A DNA stretch of 64,000 nt, from positions 6,400,001 through 6,464,000 of the forward strand of contig OY970303.1 in the NCBI GenBank assembly GCA_963716255.1, given 5' to 3'. The notes under the pieces were generated by a model. The model did not search any database. It had not been told where the DNA came from and saw only the letters and a program-made list of their open reading frames with translations. Made by a program: the position numbers and the translations under genes. Source of the DNA: an uncultured Gemmatimonadales bacterium. GTDB taxonomy: Bacteria; Gemmatimonadota; Gemmatimonadetes; Longimicrobiales; Longimicrobiaceae. This document shows, in pieces, positions 8,643 through 21,347 of the stretch (position 1 is its first letter; each line of letters begins with the position of its first letter).

Positions 8643-10916
8643 ATGCCTCGCAAGCCCAGCCCCCGCAAGAAGGGCGGATCCCGGAAGAAGAAGACGTCCG
8701 GCGCGTCCGCCGCGAAGCGGGTCTTCCAGGTGCTCCTGCTCGTCCTCCTCCTCGGCGTCGTGGGCGCCGGGGCGGGGCTGGCGTGGCTGTGGCCGCGCTG
8801 CTCGGGACCGGGGTGCCCCTCGGTGGAAGCGCTGCGCAGCTACTCGCCGCCCATGGCGAGCCGCGTCTTCGACCGGGACGGCAAGCTGGTGGCGCACCTG
8901 GCGCCGGAGCGGCGCATCCTGGTGCCGCTGGAGCGCATCCCCCAGCACGTTTCCGGCGCCTTCCTGGCGGTGGAGGACCGGCGCTTCTACCGCCACGGGG
9001 GGATCGACGTCCGCCGCGTGGTGGGGGCGCTGGCGCGCAACGTCCGCTCCTTCAACTACGACGAGGGCTTCAGCACCGTCACCATGCAGCTGGCCCGCAA
9101 CGTCTTCCCGGAGCACCTGAGCCGGGAAAAGACGCTCCGGCGGAAGCTGTGGGAGGTGGTGCTGGCGCGCGACATCGAGCGCTCCTTCAGCAAGGACGAG
9201 ATCCTGGAGCTGTACCTCAACCAGATCTACCTGGGCGAGGGGCTGTACGGGGTGGAGGCCGCGGCGGAGGGGTACTTCGGCAAGTCGGCGGCGGACCTGC
9301 TCCCGGCGGAGGCGGCCGTTCTGGCGGCGCTCCCCAAGGCGCCCACGCACTACAGCCCGCGGCGCAGCCCGGAGGCGGCGCGCCGCAGGCGCGACCTGGT
9401 GCTGGGGCTGATGGCCCGCGAGGGGTACCTATCGCCGGGGATGGCGGAGCAGGCCCGCGCCACCCCGCTGGACCTGGTGCCGCCCCCGGACGCGCGCGGG
9501 CGGGCGCCGTACTTCATGGCGGAGATCCGCCAGGCGCTGCGCGAGCGGTTCGGCGCGGAGGCGGAGCGGATGGGGCTGCGGGTGTACACCACGCTGGACC
9601 CGCGCATGCAGGCCACGGCGGAGCGCGAGATCAAGGCGCAGATCCGCGGCGTGGAGGCGGGGAAGTTCGGGCGCTTCCGCCAGCGCGCCTGCCCGGCGGG
9701 CGCCGCGGGCGAGGGCGCCAACTGCCTGCAGGGGCTGTTCGTGGCGATGGACGCGCGCACCGGCGACGTGCTGGCGCTGGTGGGCGGGCGCGACTTCGCG
9801 CAGAGCCAGTTCGACCGGGTGACGCAGGCGAAGCGGCAGGCCGGGTCGGCGTTCAAGCCGTTCCTGTACGCCACCGCCATCGCGCGGGGGATCCCCACCT
9901 CCACCCCGCTGGTGGGCCCCGGGGCGGAGCAGGACACCTTCCACAGCGTCTACAACCCCCGCGACGCGGTCTCGGACACGCTGACGCTGGACCTGCACGA
10001 CGGGCTGCGCCTGTCCTCCAACCGGGCGGCGGTGGAGCTGGGCGAGCGGGTGGGGGTGGCCAACGTGGTGCAGACGGCGCACGACCTTGGGCTCACCACG
10101 CCCATCGAGGAGTACCCGTCCACCTTCCTGGGCGCGGCGGACGTGATCCCGCTGGAGATGGTGGCCGCGTACTCGCCCTTCGCCACGGGGGGGACGCTGG
10201 TGGCGCCGCGGATGATCGTGCGCGTGGAGGACGCCCACGGCCGCGTGGTGTGGAGCGCGCCGGTGCGCCGGCGGTCGGTGCTCCCCTCCGGCGTGGCCTT
10301 CCTCACCACGCGGCTGATGGAGGAGGTGGTGGACCGCGGCACGGGCTCCGGCGTGCGCACCGCGGGGCTCCCCTACACCATCCCCGCCGCGGGGAAGACG
10401 GGGACCACCAACGACGCGGCGGACGTGTGGTTCGTGGGCGTGACGCCGGACGTGGTGGCGGGGGTGTGGCTGGGCTTCGACCGGCCGCAGCGGATCCTGT
10501 CCGGGGCGTCGGGCGGCGGCCTGGCCGCCCCGGTGTGGGGCCGCGTCCTCGCCGACCACTACACGCGCCACCCGGCCCCGGCCCGCTGGGCGCCGCCGCT
10601 GGACGTGGTGCCGGTGGAGATCGACCGGGGCTCGGGCAAGCTGGCGACGGAGTCGTGCCCGGGCGAGCAGGTGACGACGGACTACTTCCTGGTGGGCACC
10701 GAGCCCACGGAAAGCTGCCCCATCCACCCGGACAACGGCTTCGAGGGATGGATGCAGCGGATGGCGCGCGGCCTGGGCGACTGGCTGGGCGGCGGGCGCG
10801 GCGAGGACCGCCGGCCGGAGCCGCAGTCGTACCCCGACCGCGGACGCTACCCCGACCGGCGGCTGCGTTCCGAGCGTGCTCCCGTGCAGGTGTCGCCGGA
10901 CCGGTTCCCGCGGTAA
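8643..10916 (+). CDS. Class A penicillin-binding protein (PBP1A family)
   Basis: N-terminal TM helix; EDRRFYRHGG and STVTMQLARN transglycosylase motifs; SAFK, SSN and KTG transpeptidase motifs. Confidence 0.93.
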   Translation: MPRKPSPRKKGGSRKKKTSGASAAKRVFQVLLLVLLLGVVGAGAGLAWLWPRCSGPGCPSVEALRSYSPPMASRVFDRDGKLVAHLAPERRILVPLERIPQHVSGAFLAVEDRRFYRHGGIDVRRVVGALARNVRSFNYDEGFSTVTMQLARNVFPEHLSREKTLRRKLWEVVLARDIERSFSKDEILELYLNQIYLGEGLYGVEAAAEGYFGKSAADLLPAEAAVLAALPKAPTHYSPRRSPEAARRRRDLVLGLMAREGYLSPGMAEQARATPLDLVPPPDARGRAPYFMAEIRQALRERFGAEAERMGLRVYTTLDPRMQATAEREIKAQIRGVEAGKFGRFRQRACPAGAAGEGANCLQGLFVAMDARTGDVLALVGGRDFAQSQFDRVTQAKRQAGSAFKPFLYATAIARGIPTSTPLVGPGAEQDTFHSVYNPRDAVSDTLTLDLHDGLRLSSNRAAVELGERVGVANVVQTAHDLGLTTPIEEYPSTFLGAADVIPLEMVAAYSPFATGGTLVAPRMIVRVEDAHGRVVWSAPVRRRSVLPSGVAFLTTRLMEEVVDRGTGSGVRTAGLPYTIPAAGKTGTTNDAADVWFVGVTPDVVAGVWLGFDRPQRILSGASGGGLAAPVWGRVLADHYTRHPAPARWAPPLDVVPVEIDRGSGKLATESCPGEQVTTDYFLVGTEPTESCPIHPDNGFEGWMQRMARGLGDWLGGGRGEDRRPEPQSYPDRGRYPDRRLRSERAPVQVSPDRFPR

Positions 10917-10951
10917 GTCGCCGGGACGGATACGGATCCGTTGAAAATCCA

Positions 10952-11106
10952 GGGTTCGGGCGTGCCCCCGGCTGCGCCGGGGTCGGGCTGCGGCTCCGTA
11001 GCAGACGAAACAACCGTCTGCAACGGAGGCGAGCCCCGCCAAACTGCCGGCGGGTCTCGCCGCTTCGCGCTCGCATCCCTCACGCGGGCATCGCGCTGGC
11101 GCCCGC
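10952..11106 (+). repeat. R1 element copy 2
   Basis: Same core; outer helix intermediate between subtypes (TGCGGC...GCTCGCA). Confidence 0.9.
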
Positions 11107-11112
11107 TAGGGT

Positions 11113-11166
11113 GGGCCCCCTCACCCCCCGGCCCCCTCTCCCCCGCAAGCGGGGGAAAGGGGGAGA
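11113..11166. repeat. REP-like palindrome family R3 (CCCTCACCC...CCCTCTCCC...GGG type)
   Basis: CCCCTCACCCCCCGGCCCCCTCTCCCCCGCAAGCGGGGGAAAGGGGGAG; related copies near 11500-11565, 46123-46260, 56285-56370 and 59790-59920. Confidence 0.65.
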
Positions 11167-11570
11167 CCTGCACGGCCATCTCGCCTTCGTCGCCCTGCCG
11201 ACGCCCCGGGGAGCCTGGCGGGAGACGACACGAAGCCGGACCGGGCCGGGTGCCTGGGCCGGCTTTTTCGCGTGCCGTGGCCGGCGGTTTACGGCGGCGT
11301 GCTTCGGCGGGCTCCGGTGTTTGGGGTCGGCCAGGGGAGGCTCCTCCGGCGGTGCGAAACCCGAGGGGACTCGCCAGAGCACTCGCCCACCCTCCGGGCG
11401 AGGGTGGGATCACGTTGGCTTCGAACAAACGCACCGCCTGCGGACCCTCCCCCGACCTCCCGGCGCAGCTCGAAACGGCAAGGTGTCCGACCTTCGGCAA
11501 ACCCTCCCCCAGAATTGGGGGATATAGGGGCGAGCCGTGCGAGCCTGAGCGAGCCGGGTGGGGGCCTCCC

Positions 11571-11723
11571 GCGGACGCCAGCGCGAGCCCCGCGTGAGGG
11601 ATTTCGGCCCGGAGGGGCGAGACCCGGCGGCAGTTTGCCGGGGCTCGACTCCGTTGGGCTGCGTTGTTTGCAGCCCTACGGAGCCGAAGCCCGACCCCGG
11701 CGCCAGCCGGGGGCACGCCCGAC
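11571..11723 (-). repeat. R1 element copy 3
   Basis: Reverse-complement core; starts about 32 nt after the kinase stop codon. Confidence 0.9.
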
Positions 11724-11755
11724 CTCGCCGTTCAAAGCCGTAAGCCGTAAAAAGA

Positions 11756-14041
<2,286 letters not shown>

Positions 14042-14164
14042 GGGAGATCGTCGCCGGACGGAAGGTCCTGGGCCGGGCACCCCGCGCCCGCAGCCTCTGC
14101 CTGCATCCCGCCGCCCCTCCTCCCACGCGGAGCGGCCGGCTGCCTCGTTCCTGGCAACCGGCCG

Positions 14165-14181
14165 CGCAGACAATGTGCCAG
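14165..14181 (-). promoter_or_regulatory. Putative sigma-54 promoter of the hybrid kinase
   Basis: Minus strand CTGGCACATTGTCTGCG: GG-N10-GC with TGGCAC. Confidence 0.5.
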
Positions 14182-14234
14182 AAGGGTCTCGCCGAACCCC
14201 CGGCCCGCGAACCCTCCTGGCCTTTGCGGGGCGC

Positions 14235-15449
14235 CTACTCGTACCGCAGCGCCTCGATGGGGGCGAGGAGCGCCGCGCGGCGGGCGGGCCAGAGCCCGAA
14301 GAAGATCCCCACCCCGCCGGAAAAGACGAGCGCCATGACCACCGCCCCGGTGGAGATGGGCGCCTCGAAGCCGCCCAGGAGGCGCATGGCGAGCGAGCCG
14401 CCGGCCCCCAGCGCCAGCCCGATGGCGCCCCCGGCCAGGCAGAGCACCAGCGCCTCGATGAGGAACTGGAGGAGGATGTCGCGGCGCCGCGCCCCCAGCG
14501 CCTTGCGGATCCCGATCTCCCGGGTGCGCTCGGTCACGGACACCAGCATGATGTTCATGATGCCGATGCCGCCCACCACCAGCGACACCGCCGCGATCCC
14601 CGCGAGCAGGAAGGAAAAGGTGCGCGCCGTCTCCTGGAAGGTGTTCAGCAGCGTGGCCTGGTTGCGGATGCTGAAGTCGCTCGCCTCGCCCGGGCGGATG
14701 CGGTGCTCGCGCCGCAGCGTCTCGTCGATGCGCACCATCGCGGCGTCCATCTCGCCCTCGGCCGCGGCCTGCACGCCGATGGACTGCACCCGGTCGCTCC
14801 CGAAGACGCGGAAGCGCGCCGTCGCCATGGGCACGTAGACCTGCTCGTCGGGGTTGTTGAAGCCCTCGCCCCCCTTCTCGGCGAGGACGCCCACCACCTC
14901 GAAGGCGGTGCCGCCGATGCGCACCGTCTGCCCCACGAGCTGCGCGGTCTCCACGCCGCCCAGCCGCTCGCCCATGGCGGCGCCCAGCACCGCGACCCGG
15001 CGCCGGCCGCGCTCCTCGCCCTCGGTGAACAGCCGCCCGGCGGCGAGCCGGTGGTTGTTGACCGGGAAGAAGCTGGGCCAGGTGCCCACGACCTGGCTGT
15101 TGGAGTTGGCGGCGCCGGACTCCACCTGCACGCGGCTCTGCATCTGCGGGGCGACAGCGGCGATGGGGCCGCCCACGGCGTCGCGCAGCGCCTCGGCGTC
15201 GTCGGTGGTCAATTCCGCGTCGCCGCGGTCCACCCCGCCCGCGAACTGCTGCCCGGGGCGCACGGTGAGGACGTTGGTCCCCAGTCCCTGGAGCCGCTCC
15301 TGCACCGACCGCTGCGCTCCCTCGCCCAGCGCCACCATGGTGATCACCGCGGCGATGCCGATGATGATCCCCAGCATGGTGAGGAAGGAGCGCATCTTGT
15401 TGGCCCGGACGGCGCCCAGCGCCACCCGGAAGATCTCGCCGAAGAGCAT
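14235..15449 (-). CDS. MacB-like ABC transporter permease (FtsX domain)
   Basis: RSFLTMLGIIIG, GGIGIMNIMLVSVTERTREIGIRKALGA, PIEALRYE. Confidence 0.93.
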   Translation of the reverse strand: MLFGEIFRVALGAVRANKMRSFLTMLGIIIGIAAVITMVALGEGAQRSVQERLQGLGTNVLTVRPGQQFAGGVDRGDAELTTDDAEALRDAVGGPIAAVAPQMQSRVQVESGAANSNSQVVGTWPSFFPVNNHRLAAGRLFTEGEERGRRRVAVLGAAMGERLGGVETAQLVGQTVRIGGTAFEVVGVLAEKGGEGFNNPDEQVYVPMATARFRVFGSDRVQSIGVQAAAEGEMDAAMVRIDETLRREHRIRPGEASDFSIRNQATLLNTFQETARTFSFLLAGIAAVSLVVGGIGIMNIMLVSVTERTREIGIRKALGARRRDILLQFLIEALVLCLAGGAIGLALGAGGSLAMRLLGGFEAPISTGAVVMALVFSGGVGIFFGLWPARRAALLAPIEALRYE

Positions 15450-15450
15450 G

Positions 15451-16896
15451 TCACCCTCCCCCTCGCTGACCGCCGCCACCGCCGCCGCTCGGGGGGCCAC
15501 CGCCGCCGCCGGGCACGATCCCGCCGCCCGCGCGCTGGCGCATGCGCTCGGTCATCTGCTCCTGCTCCTGCTTGAGGCGCGTGGCGGACATCAGCCTCAC
15601 CTCCTCGCCCGGCTTCACGCCGCCCAGCACCTCGGTGTACTCCCAGTCGCTCACCCCCAGGGTGACGCGCCGGGCCTCGGGGCCCTTCGCCCCTTCCACG
15701 AAGAGCACGCCGGGGCGCGTGGCGCCCGCGCCGCCGCCCTGGGCGCCTCCGCGCCCGCTGCGCTCCCCGCCGCCCGCGGCGACGCGGCACTCGCGCATCT
15801 TTGCCCGGTCCTCGTCGGCGAGCCCCGAGGGGCCGCCCGCCTCGCGGACCTTCTGCATCAGCGCGCGGCACTCGGGCGACGCGCCCGCCGCGCCGGCGGC
15901 CCCGGCGGGGCGGAGCGAGGCCTGCACCGCTTCCGCGTCCAGCCCCAGCGCTTCGGCGGCGGTGCCGGCGTCGCGGACGCCGACCACGGCGCCGTTGGGC
16001 ACCACCACGGCGCCGGGGCGCCGCACCACCTGCACCTGCACGTCGGCGTTCATCCCGGGGCGCAGCAGCCCCTCGCGGTTGTCCAGCCGCACCAGCACGG
16101 GGAAGAGCGTCACGTTCTGCTCCACCACCGCCTGCGGCTCCACCTTGAGCACCGTGCCGGTGAAGGTCCGCCCCGGGTACGACTCCACGCTGACGCGCGC
16201 GGTCTGGCCGGGCTTCACCTGGCCCAGGTCGGTCTCGTCCACCTTGGCGCGCACCTGCACCTCGGACAGGTCGGCCATCTTCAGCAGCGTGGTGCCGCCC
16301 GACACGTTGCTGGTGGCGGAGGCGATGATCTGCCCGGTCTCCGAGGTGCGCTCGATCACCGTCCCCGCGATGGGGGCGCGGATGGTGACGTCGCCGCTCC
16401 GCTGCCGCGCCAGCTCCAGGTTGGTCTGCGCGCGCACCAGCTGCGCCTGGGCGTTGGCGGCCTGCTGCACCGCCGCCTCGAACTCCTGCTGGGTGGCGAC
16501 CTGCGCCTCCCGCAGCTCCTGCATGCGCCTCCGCTCGGCGGAGGTGGTGGCGATGCTCACCCGCGCCACCGACAGGTCGGCCTCGGCCTGGGCGAGCGCG
16601 TTGCTCACGTCGCGCGGGTCGATCTCGGCCAGCAGCGCGCCGCGCGCCACCATGTCGCCCGTTTCCACGTGCAGCGCCAGGATCTCGCCCGACGCCTTGG
16701 ACTTCACCTCCACCACCCGGATGGGCTCCACCACCCCGGCGGCCTCCACCGCCACGTCCAGGTCGCGCTGCTCCACCGCCGCCGTCTCGGGCGCGGTGTC
16801 GGCCGCCGCCTCGGGGGAGCCGCCGCACGCGGCGAGCACCCCGCTTCCCGCCAGCAGCACGCCCAGGGCGAGCGCCTTCGCTCTCGTCGTTTTCAC
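15451..16896 (-). CDS. Efflux periplasmic adaptor (MacA-like lipoprotein)
   Basis: Lipobox [36 protein letters not shown] overlap with the ATPase gene. Confidence 0.9.
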   Translation of the reverse strand: MKTTRAKALALGVLLAGSGVLAACGGSPEAAADTAPETAAVEQRDLDVAVEAAGVVEPIRVVEVKSKASGEILALHVETGDMVARGALLAEIDPRDVSNALAQAEADLSVARVSIATTSAERRRMQELREAQVATQQEFEAAVQQAANAQAQLVRAQTNLELARQRSGDVTIRAPIAGTVIERTSETGQIIASATSNVSGGTTLLKMADLSEVQVRAKVDETDLGQVKPGQTARVSVESYPGRTFTGTVLKVEPQAVVEQNVTLFPVLVRLDNREGLLRPGMNADVQVQVVRRPGAVVVPNGAVVGVRDAGTAAEALGLDAEAVQASLRPAGAAGAAGASPECRALMQKVREAGGPSGLADEDRAKMRECRVAAGGGERSGRGGAQGGGAGATRPGVLFVEGAKGPEARRVTLGVSDWEYTEVLGGVKPGEEVRLMSATRLKQEQEQMTERMRQRAGGGIVPGGGGGPPSGGGGGGQRGGG

Positions 16897-17648
16897 CTTG
16901 CACCTCCCTGCGCGGCCAGGCTGCGGCGCGCGCTCCGGTTTCGCTGGTCCTGCTCGATGAGACCGTCGCGGAGGATGACCATCCGCTCGGCGTGCTCCGC
17001 CACGTCGTGCTCGTGGGTGACCATGATCACCGTCTGCCCCTCGTCGTGGAGCCGCCCGAAGAGCGCCAGGATCTCCTCCGACGTGCGGGAGTCCAGCGCC
17101 CCGGTGGGCTCGTCGGCGAGGAGGATGGAGGGGCGGGTCACCAGCGCCCTCGCGATGGCGACGCGCTGCCGCTGCCCCCCCGACAGCTCGTTGGGGCGGT
17201 GGTCCATGCGGTCGCCCAGCTCCACGGAGCGGAGCGCCCCGGCCGCCCGCTCGCGCCGATCCTTCCTGCCCACGCCGGCGTAGACCAGCGGCAGCTCCAC
17301 GTTTTCCAGCGCGGTGGAGCGGGGGAGCAGGTTGAAGGTCTGGAAGACGAAGCCGATCTCCCGGTTCCTCACGCGCGCCAGCTCGTCGTCGCCCATCCCC
17401 GCCACCGGCGTCCCGTTCAGCACGTACTCCCCGGCGGTGGGCGAGTCCAGGCAGCCCACCAGGTTCATCAGCGTGCTCTTGCCGGAGCCGGAGGGTCCCA
17501 TGATGGCCACGTACTCGTTGCGGCCGATGTCCAGGTCCACCCCGCGAAGCGCCCGCACCGTCTCCACGCCCATGCGGTACTCCTTGGTGAGCCCGCGGAT
17601 GCGGATCACCGCGCCGTTTTCCGGCGCGGCCCCGTGGCCCCGGCTCAC
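16893..17648 (-). CDS. ABC transporter ATP-binding protein (MacB/LolD type)
   Basis: Walker [31 protein letters not shown]. Confidence 0.95.
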   Translation of the reverse strand: MSRGHGAAPENGAVIRIRGLTKEYRMGVETVRALRGVDLDIGRNEYVAIMGPSGSGKSTLMNLVGCLDSPTAGEYVLNGTPVAGMGDDELARVRNREIGFVFQTFNLLPRSTALENVELPLVYAGVGRKDRRERAAGALRSVELGDRMDHRPNELSGGQRQRVAIARALVTRPSILLADEPTGALDSRTSEEILALFGRLHDEGQTVIMVTHEHDVAEHAERMVILRDGLIEQDQRNRSARRSLAAQGGAR

Positions 17649-19009
17649 AGCTCCCTCCCGACCAGCGCTTCCAGCTCCGCGCGGGCGAGCTGGTAGTCGT
17701 AGCGGGCGGCGACCAGGTCGTTCTCGGCCTGGGTGAGCGCCGCCTGCGAGGTCATGCGCTCCAGCATGGTGGAGCTCCCCATGCGGTAGCGCTGGTCCTG
17801 CACCCGCAGGTCCTCCTCGGCCACCTGCACCGCCTCCTCCGCCAGGCCGATGCGCTGCTCGGCCAGGCGCAGCGCGGAAAGGGTGCGCTCCAGCTCGGCG
17901 CGGGCGGCGCGCTCGGTGTCGGCCAGCTGCACGCGGGCCACGTCGGCCTGCACCCGGGCGCGCTCCACGCTCGCCTCGCGCTGGTAGCCGTCGAAGATGG
18001 GGATGGAGACGCCCAGCCGGAGGTCCCAGTTGGCGCGCCCGTCCAGCGCCGGGTCCTGGTTGGCCCAGTCGGCGCCGGTCCCCAGCGTGATGGTGGGGCG
18101 GTACTGCGCGCGCGCCGCGGCCGTCCCGGCCTCCGCCGCGGCGACGCCGGCCACCTCCGCGCGCACGCTGGGGGCCGCGGTGCGCACCAGCGACACCAGG
18201 CTGTCGGCGGGGATGGCGAGCGGCGTGGGGCGCAGCGGCCCGGACGACTCTGCCGCGACCGGCCCCGGCGCGCCGGTCGCGCGCCCCAGGGCGAAGCCGG
18301 CGACCTCGCGGTCGCTGCGGGCCTGCGCCAGCGCCTGGCGGGCGTCGTTGAGCTCCAGCCGCGCCCGCAGCACGTCGGAGCGGGTGGCGGAGCCCACGCG
18401 CAGCCGCAGCTCGGCCGCCTCCTGCGCCTCCTCCGCGCGCTTGACCTGCGACTCGGCCACGCGGATCAGGTCGTCGGCGCGGAGCACCGCGAAGAAGGTG
18501 CGCTTGGTGGCGAGCACCACGGAAAAGCGCTGCGCATCCAGCGTGGCTTCCGCCGCCGAGGTCTCGGCGCGGGCCTGCCGCAGCTCCGCGGTGCGCCGCC
18601 CGCCGGTGTAGACGGGGACGGAGGCGGAGATCCCCGCGCCGTAGCTGTCGGCGAAGCCGTCGCCGAGCCCGGTCTGGCTCCCCAGCTGCTGCGCCGCGCT
18701 CAGCGAGGAGCTGGCGTTCGCCGAGAGCGTGGGAAGGAAGGCGCCCTTCGCGCTCCGCTCGGTGGCGGCGGCGGAGCGGACGGCGCCGGAGCCCTGCGCC
18801 ACCGTGGGGCTGGCCTCCAGCGAGCGCCGCACGGCCTCGTCCAGCGTGACCCGCGTCTCGGGCTGCGCGGGCGCCGCGGCGCGGGCCGTGTCGGGCGCGG
18901 GAGCGGTCTGCGCGGCCGCGCCGGCCGGGACCAGGGCGAGGGCGCTCACCCCGGCGAACAGGGACGCGGCGGCTCGCAGGCCGGTCCCGCGAGGGAATCT
19001 GTCTGTCAT
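17645..19009 (-). CDS. TolC-family outer membrane efflux protein
   Basis: Signal peptide; two OEP-like repeats (FLPTLS, YRPTIT); operon context. Confidence 0.9.
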   Translation of the reverse strand: MTDRFPRGTGLRAAASLFAGVSALALVPAGAAAQTAPAPDTARAAAPAQPETRVTLDEAVRRSLEASPTVAQGSGAVRSAAATERSAKGAFLPTLSANASSSLSAAQQLGSQTGLGDGFADSYGAGISASVPVYTGGRRTAELRQARAETSAAEATLDAQRFSVVLATKRTFFAVLRADDLIRVAESQVKRAEEAQEAAELRLRVGSATRSDVLRARLELNDARQALAQARSDREVAGFALGRATGAPGPVAAESSGPLRPTPLAIPADSLVSLVRTAAPSVRAEVAGVAAAEAGTAAARAQYRPTITLGTGADWANQDPALDGRANWDLRLGVSIPIFDGYQREASVERARVQADVARVQLADTERAARAELERTLSALRLAEQRIGLAEEAVQVAEEDLRVQDQRYRMGSSTMLERMTSQAALTQAENDLVAARYDYQLARAELEALVGREL

Positions 19010-19086
19010 CGTTCCTCCATCTATCGTCGCGTAACGGGCGCCAAGCCGGTCGGAGACGCGGCCGCGGGACCGTCCTTTCCTGGTTT

Positions 19087-19569
19087 TCAGACCCCGCCGC
19101 GCTCCGGCCCGGCGGGGGCGGGGCCGGCTCCGGGCGCCCTTTCGCCGCCGCGCCGCAACCGCCGCTCGCGGTGCTCCTCGCGGAAGCGCCGGAACTCTTC
19201 CCGCTGCTGCGGGGTGAGCACCGCCTCCACGGCGGTCCGGGTGGAATCGAAGCGGGCGCGCAGCCGCGGCCGCATCTCGCGGAAGAGCGAGTCCGCCTTG
19301 TGCCGGTCGCGCTCCACGATCCGCTGGATGGTGTCGCGCTGCTGCGTCGTGAGCCGGAGCCGGTCGTCCAGCGGGCCGCCGGCCTCGAAGATGTCGGGGC
19401 CGCCGCGCCCCCTGCCGGGCTCCGCGCCCGGCGGCGGGGGGCCCCAGGTGCGCGCGCCGCGGGCGCGCTCCACCGCGGTGCCCACCAGCCCCCCCGCGAG
19501 AAAGGTCAGCAGCAGGCTCGCGATGGCGAGCAGCCGCATCCGCCGGGTCCGGCTTCCGTCGTCGGTCAT
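19087..19569 (-). CDS. Membrane-anchored periplasmic protein with LTxxQ motifs
   Basis: TM helix, LTTQQ and LTPQQ; ATGA overlap with the upstream gene. Confidence 0.7.
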   Translation of the reverse strand: MTDDGSRTRRMRLLAIASLLLTFLAGGLVGTAVERARGARTWGPPPPGAEPGRGRGGPDIFEAGGPLDDRLRLTTQQRDTIQRIVERDRHKADSLFREMRPRLRARFDSTRTAVEAVLTPQQREEFRRFREEHRERRLRRGGERAPGAGPAPAGPERGGV

Positions 19570-19937
19570 CGTGTGTCTCCTTCCAGGGCCGTCACCAGCG
19601 CCTCCACCGTGGGCGTCTGCCCGTCGTCCACCCACTCGGCGACCGCGGTGGGGTAGCCCAGGGCGTCGGCCAGGTCGCTCCCGGACGCCGCGGGCGCCCC
19701 GGTCTCCGTCGTGAACAGGAACGCCGCCGCCGCCGCCGCCAGCAGCGCCGCCGTGGACACGGTGGGGCGCAGCCAGTCTCCCAGGAGCATGAGCATCCCC
19801 GCCTGCGGCAGGCTCGCCCGCCGCGCCAGCTCGGGTCCCGCCGCCGCCATGACGCCGGCCACCATCCGCTCCCAGCGCGCGGCGTCGCGCTCCGGGTCCA
19901 GGGGGGCGAGGTCGCGGAAGTCGTCCTCGATGTTCAC
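19566..19937 (-). CDS. Probable single-pass anti-sigma factor
   Basis: GTGA-coupled to the ECF sigma gene; one hydrophobic helix; GGAGG RBS. Confidence 0.65.
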   Translation of the reverse strand: MNIEDDFRDLAPLDPERDAARWERMVAGVMAAAGPELARRASLPQAGMLMLLGDWLRPTVSTAALLAAAAAAFLFTTETGAPAASGSDLADALGYPTAVAEWVDDGQTPTVEALVTALEGDTR

Positions 19938-20485
19938 GGTTCCTCCTTGTGTCTTCCCGACAGCCGCTCGCGCAGCGTCTTCCTGGCCTTGAACAGGTGG
20001 ACGCGGGCCGAGCCGTCGGACATGCCCAGCTTCGCGCCGATCTCCTTGTGGCTCCACCCCTCGAAGTCGTGGAGGAGGACCACCTCGCGCTGGGTCTCGG
20101 TGAGCCCCTGCATGGCTCCCACCAGGTCCTCGCGCAGTTCGCTCCGCTCGGCCTCGCGCTGCGGGTCGGGCCCGCCGGAGGCGCCCAGGGCGTCGTCCAG
20201 GGGGAGCGCCTCGCGGATGCCGCGGTAGCGGCGGACGTCGTGCGCCCGGTTGCGGACGATGGCCATGAGCCACGCCGCGAACTGGTCCGGGTTGCGGCAC
20301 TCCTCGATGCGCTTCAGCGCGGTCACGAACGCGTCCTGGCAGACGTCCTCGGCGTCGGCCGGCTCGCCGAGCTGCGCGAGCGCGACCGCGTACGCGGCCT
20401 TGAGGTGCCTGCGCACCAGGGCCCCGAACGCTTCGGAGCTGCCCTGCCGGGCCCTCCCGACGAGGACTGCGTCGCTCTCGGTCAT
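19934..20485 (-). CDS. ECF RNA polymerase sigma factor
   Basis: DAEDVCQDAF, FAAWLMAIVRN region 2; EGWSHKEIG...ARVHLFKAR region 4. Confidence 0.93.
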   Translation of the reverse strand: MTESDAVLVGRARQGSSEAFGALVRRHLKAAYAVALAQLGEPADAEDVCQDAFVTALKRIEECRNPDQFAAWLMAIVRNRAHDVRRYRGIREALPLDDALGASGGPDPQREAERSELREDLVGAMQGLTETQREVVLLHDFEGWSHKEIGAKLGMSDGSARVHLFKARKTLRERLSGRHKEEP

Positions 20486-20551
20486 CGGCGCGTTGGGCGG
20501 TCCGGCCGTCCCGGGCGGAAGCGCCCGGGACGGACCGGACGCGGTCCCCAG

Positions 20552-21139
20552 CTAGCGGGTGCGCGGGGCCTGCTGCCCCCGCTCGCCGCGCCACCCGCCC
20601 TCGCCGCGCTCACCCCGTCCGCCGCGGGGACCGCGCAGGTACTGCCGGGCGGCCTGCTCCTGCGGGTCGGTCAGGACGGACTTCACCTGCTCCATGGCCG
20701 CCTGCTGGTTCTGGCGGAGCTGCTGCATCTGCGGGCGCAGCTGCTCCATGCGGGCCCGCATCGCCGTGCGCTCCTGCTCGGTGGGCCGGGCCTGCTGCCC
20801 GCCCTGCGGAAGCCGCGGGCGGGCGGCCTCCAGCTGGCGGCGCAGCGGCTCGTTCTTCTGCTCCAGGTCGCGCTGGATGCGCTCCAGGCGCGTCACCTGG
20901 TCCCCGGTCAGCTTCAGCTCGGTGCGGTGCTCCAGGAGCATGGCGACGGGCGAGGGGCGAGGCCCCTGGCGTCCCTGCTGGCGGACCTGGCGCTGCTGGC
21001 GATCCTGGTGCTGGCCCTGGGCGGTGCCGGGGGCTCCCTGTCCCTGTCCCTGCGCGAGCAGGGCGGGAGCGGGGGCGGCGGCGAGGAGCGCCGCGGCGAG
21101 CAGGACGTGGTTCTTGCGGATCATGTATGGGGTCTCCAT
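20552..21139 (-). CDS. Spy/CpxP-like periplasmic chaperone
   Basis: Signal peptide; LKLTGDQ and VLTDPQ motifs; Gln/Arg-rich; start may be 21124. Confidence 0.72.
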   Translation of the reverse strand: METPYMIRKNHVLLAAALLAAAPAPALLAQGQGQGAPGTAQGQHQDRQQRQVRQQGRQGPRPSPVAMLLEHRTELKLTGDQVTRLERIQRDLEQKNEPLRRQLEAARPRLPQGGQQARPTEQERTAMRARMEQLRPQMQQLRQNQQAAMEQVKSVLTDPQEQAARQYLRGPRGGRGERGEGGWRGERGQQAPRTR

Positions 21140-21185
21140 CTGGCGTGTCGGGTCTTTCTGCGCGCGCTGACCGGTTGGTCCATTA

Positions 21186-21215
21186 CAAGACGCGCGGGGA
21201 TGGAAAAGTGTTAAC
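21186..21215 (-). promoter_or_regulatory. Putative ECF-sigma promoter heading the operon
   Basis: Minus strand TAAC-N17-CGTC, matching the generic AAC/CGT ECF pattern. Confidence 0.55.
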
Positions 21216-21234
21216 GACTTCTGTTTCCGGGACG

Positions 21235-21267
21235 AAAAGAGGCGCCCTCCTCGCCGGAGGGCGCCTT
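21235..21267 (-). terminator. Intrinsic terminator for minus-strand transcription
   Basis: Minus strand AGGCGCCCTCC-loop-GGAGGGCGCCT followed by CTTTT. Confidence 0.7.
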
Positions 21268-21347
21268 GCAGCTGTTCAGTGAGAGGCTATTGGGCATCCA
21301 AACCTCATTTGGACTGGCTGTGCCGCGGACCTGAGTTTTATCCGGGT

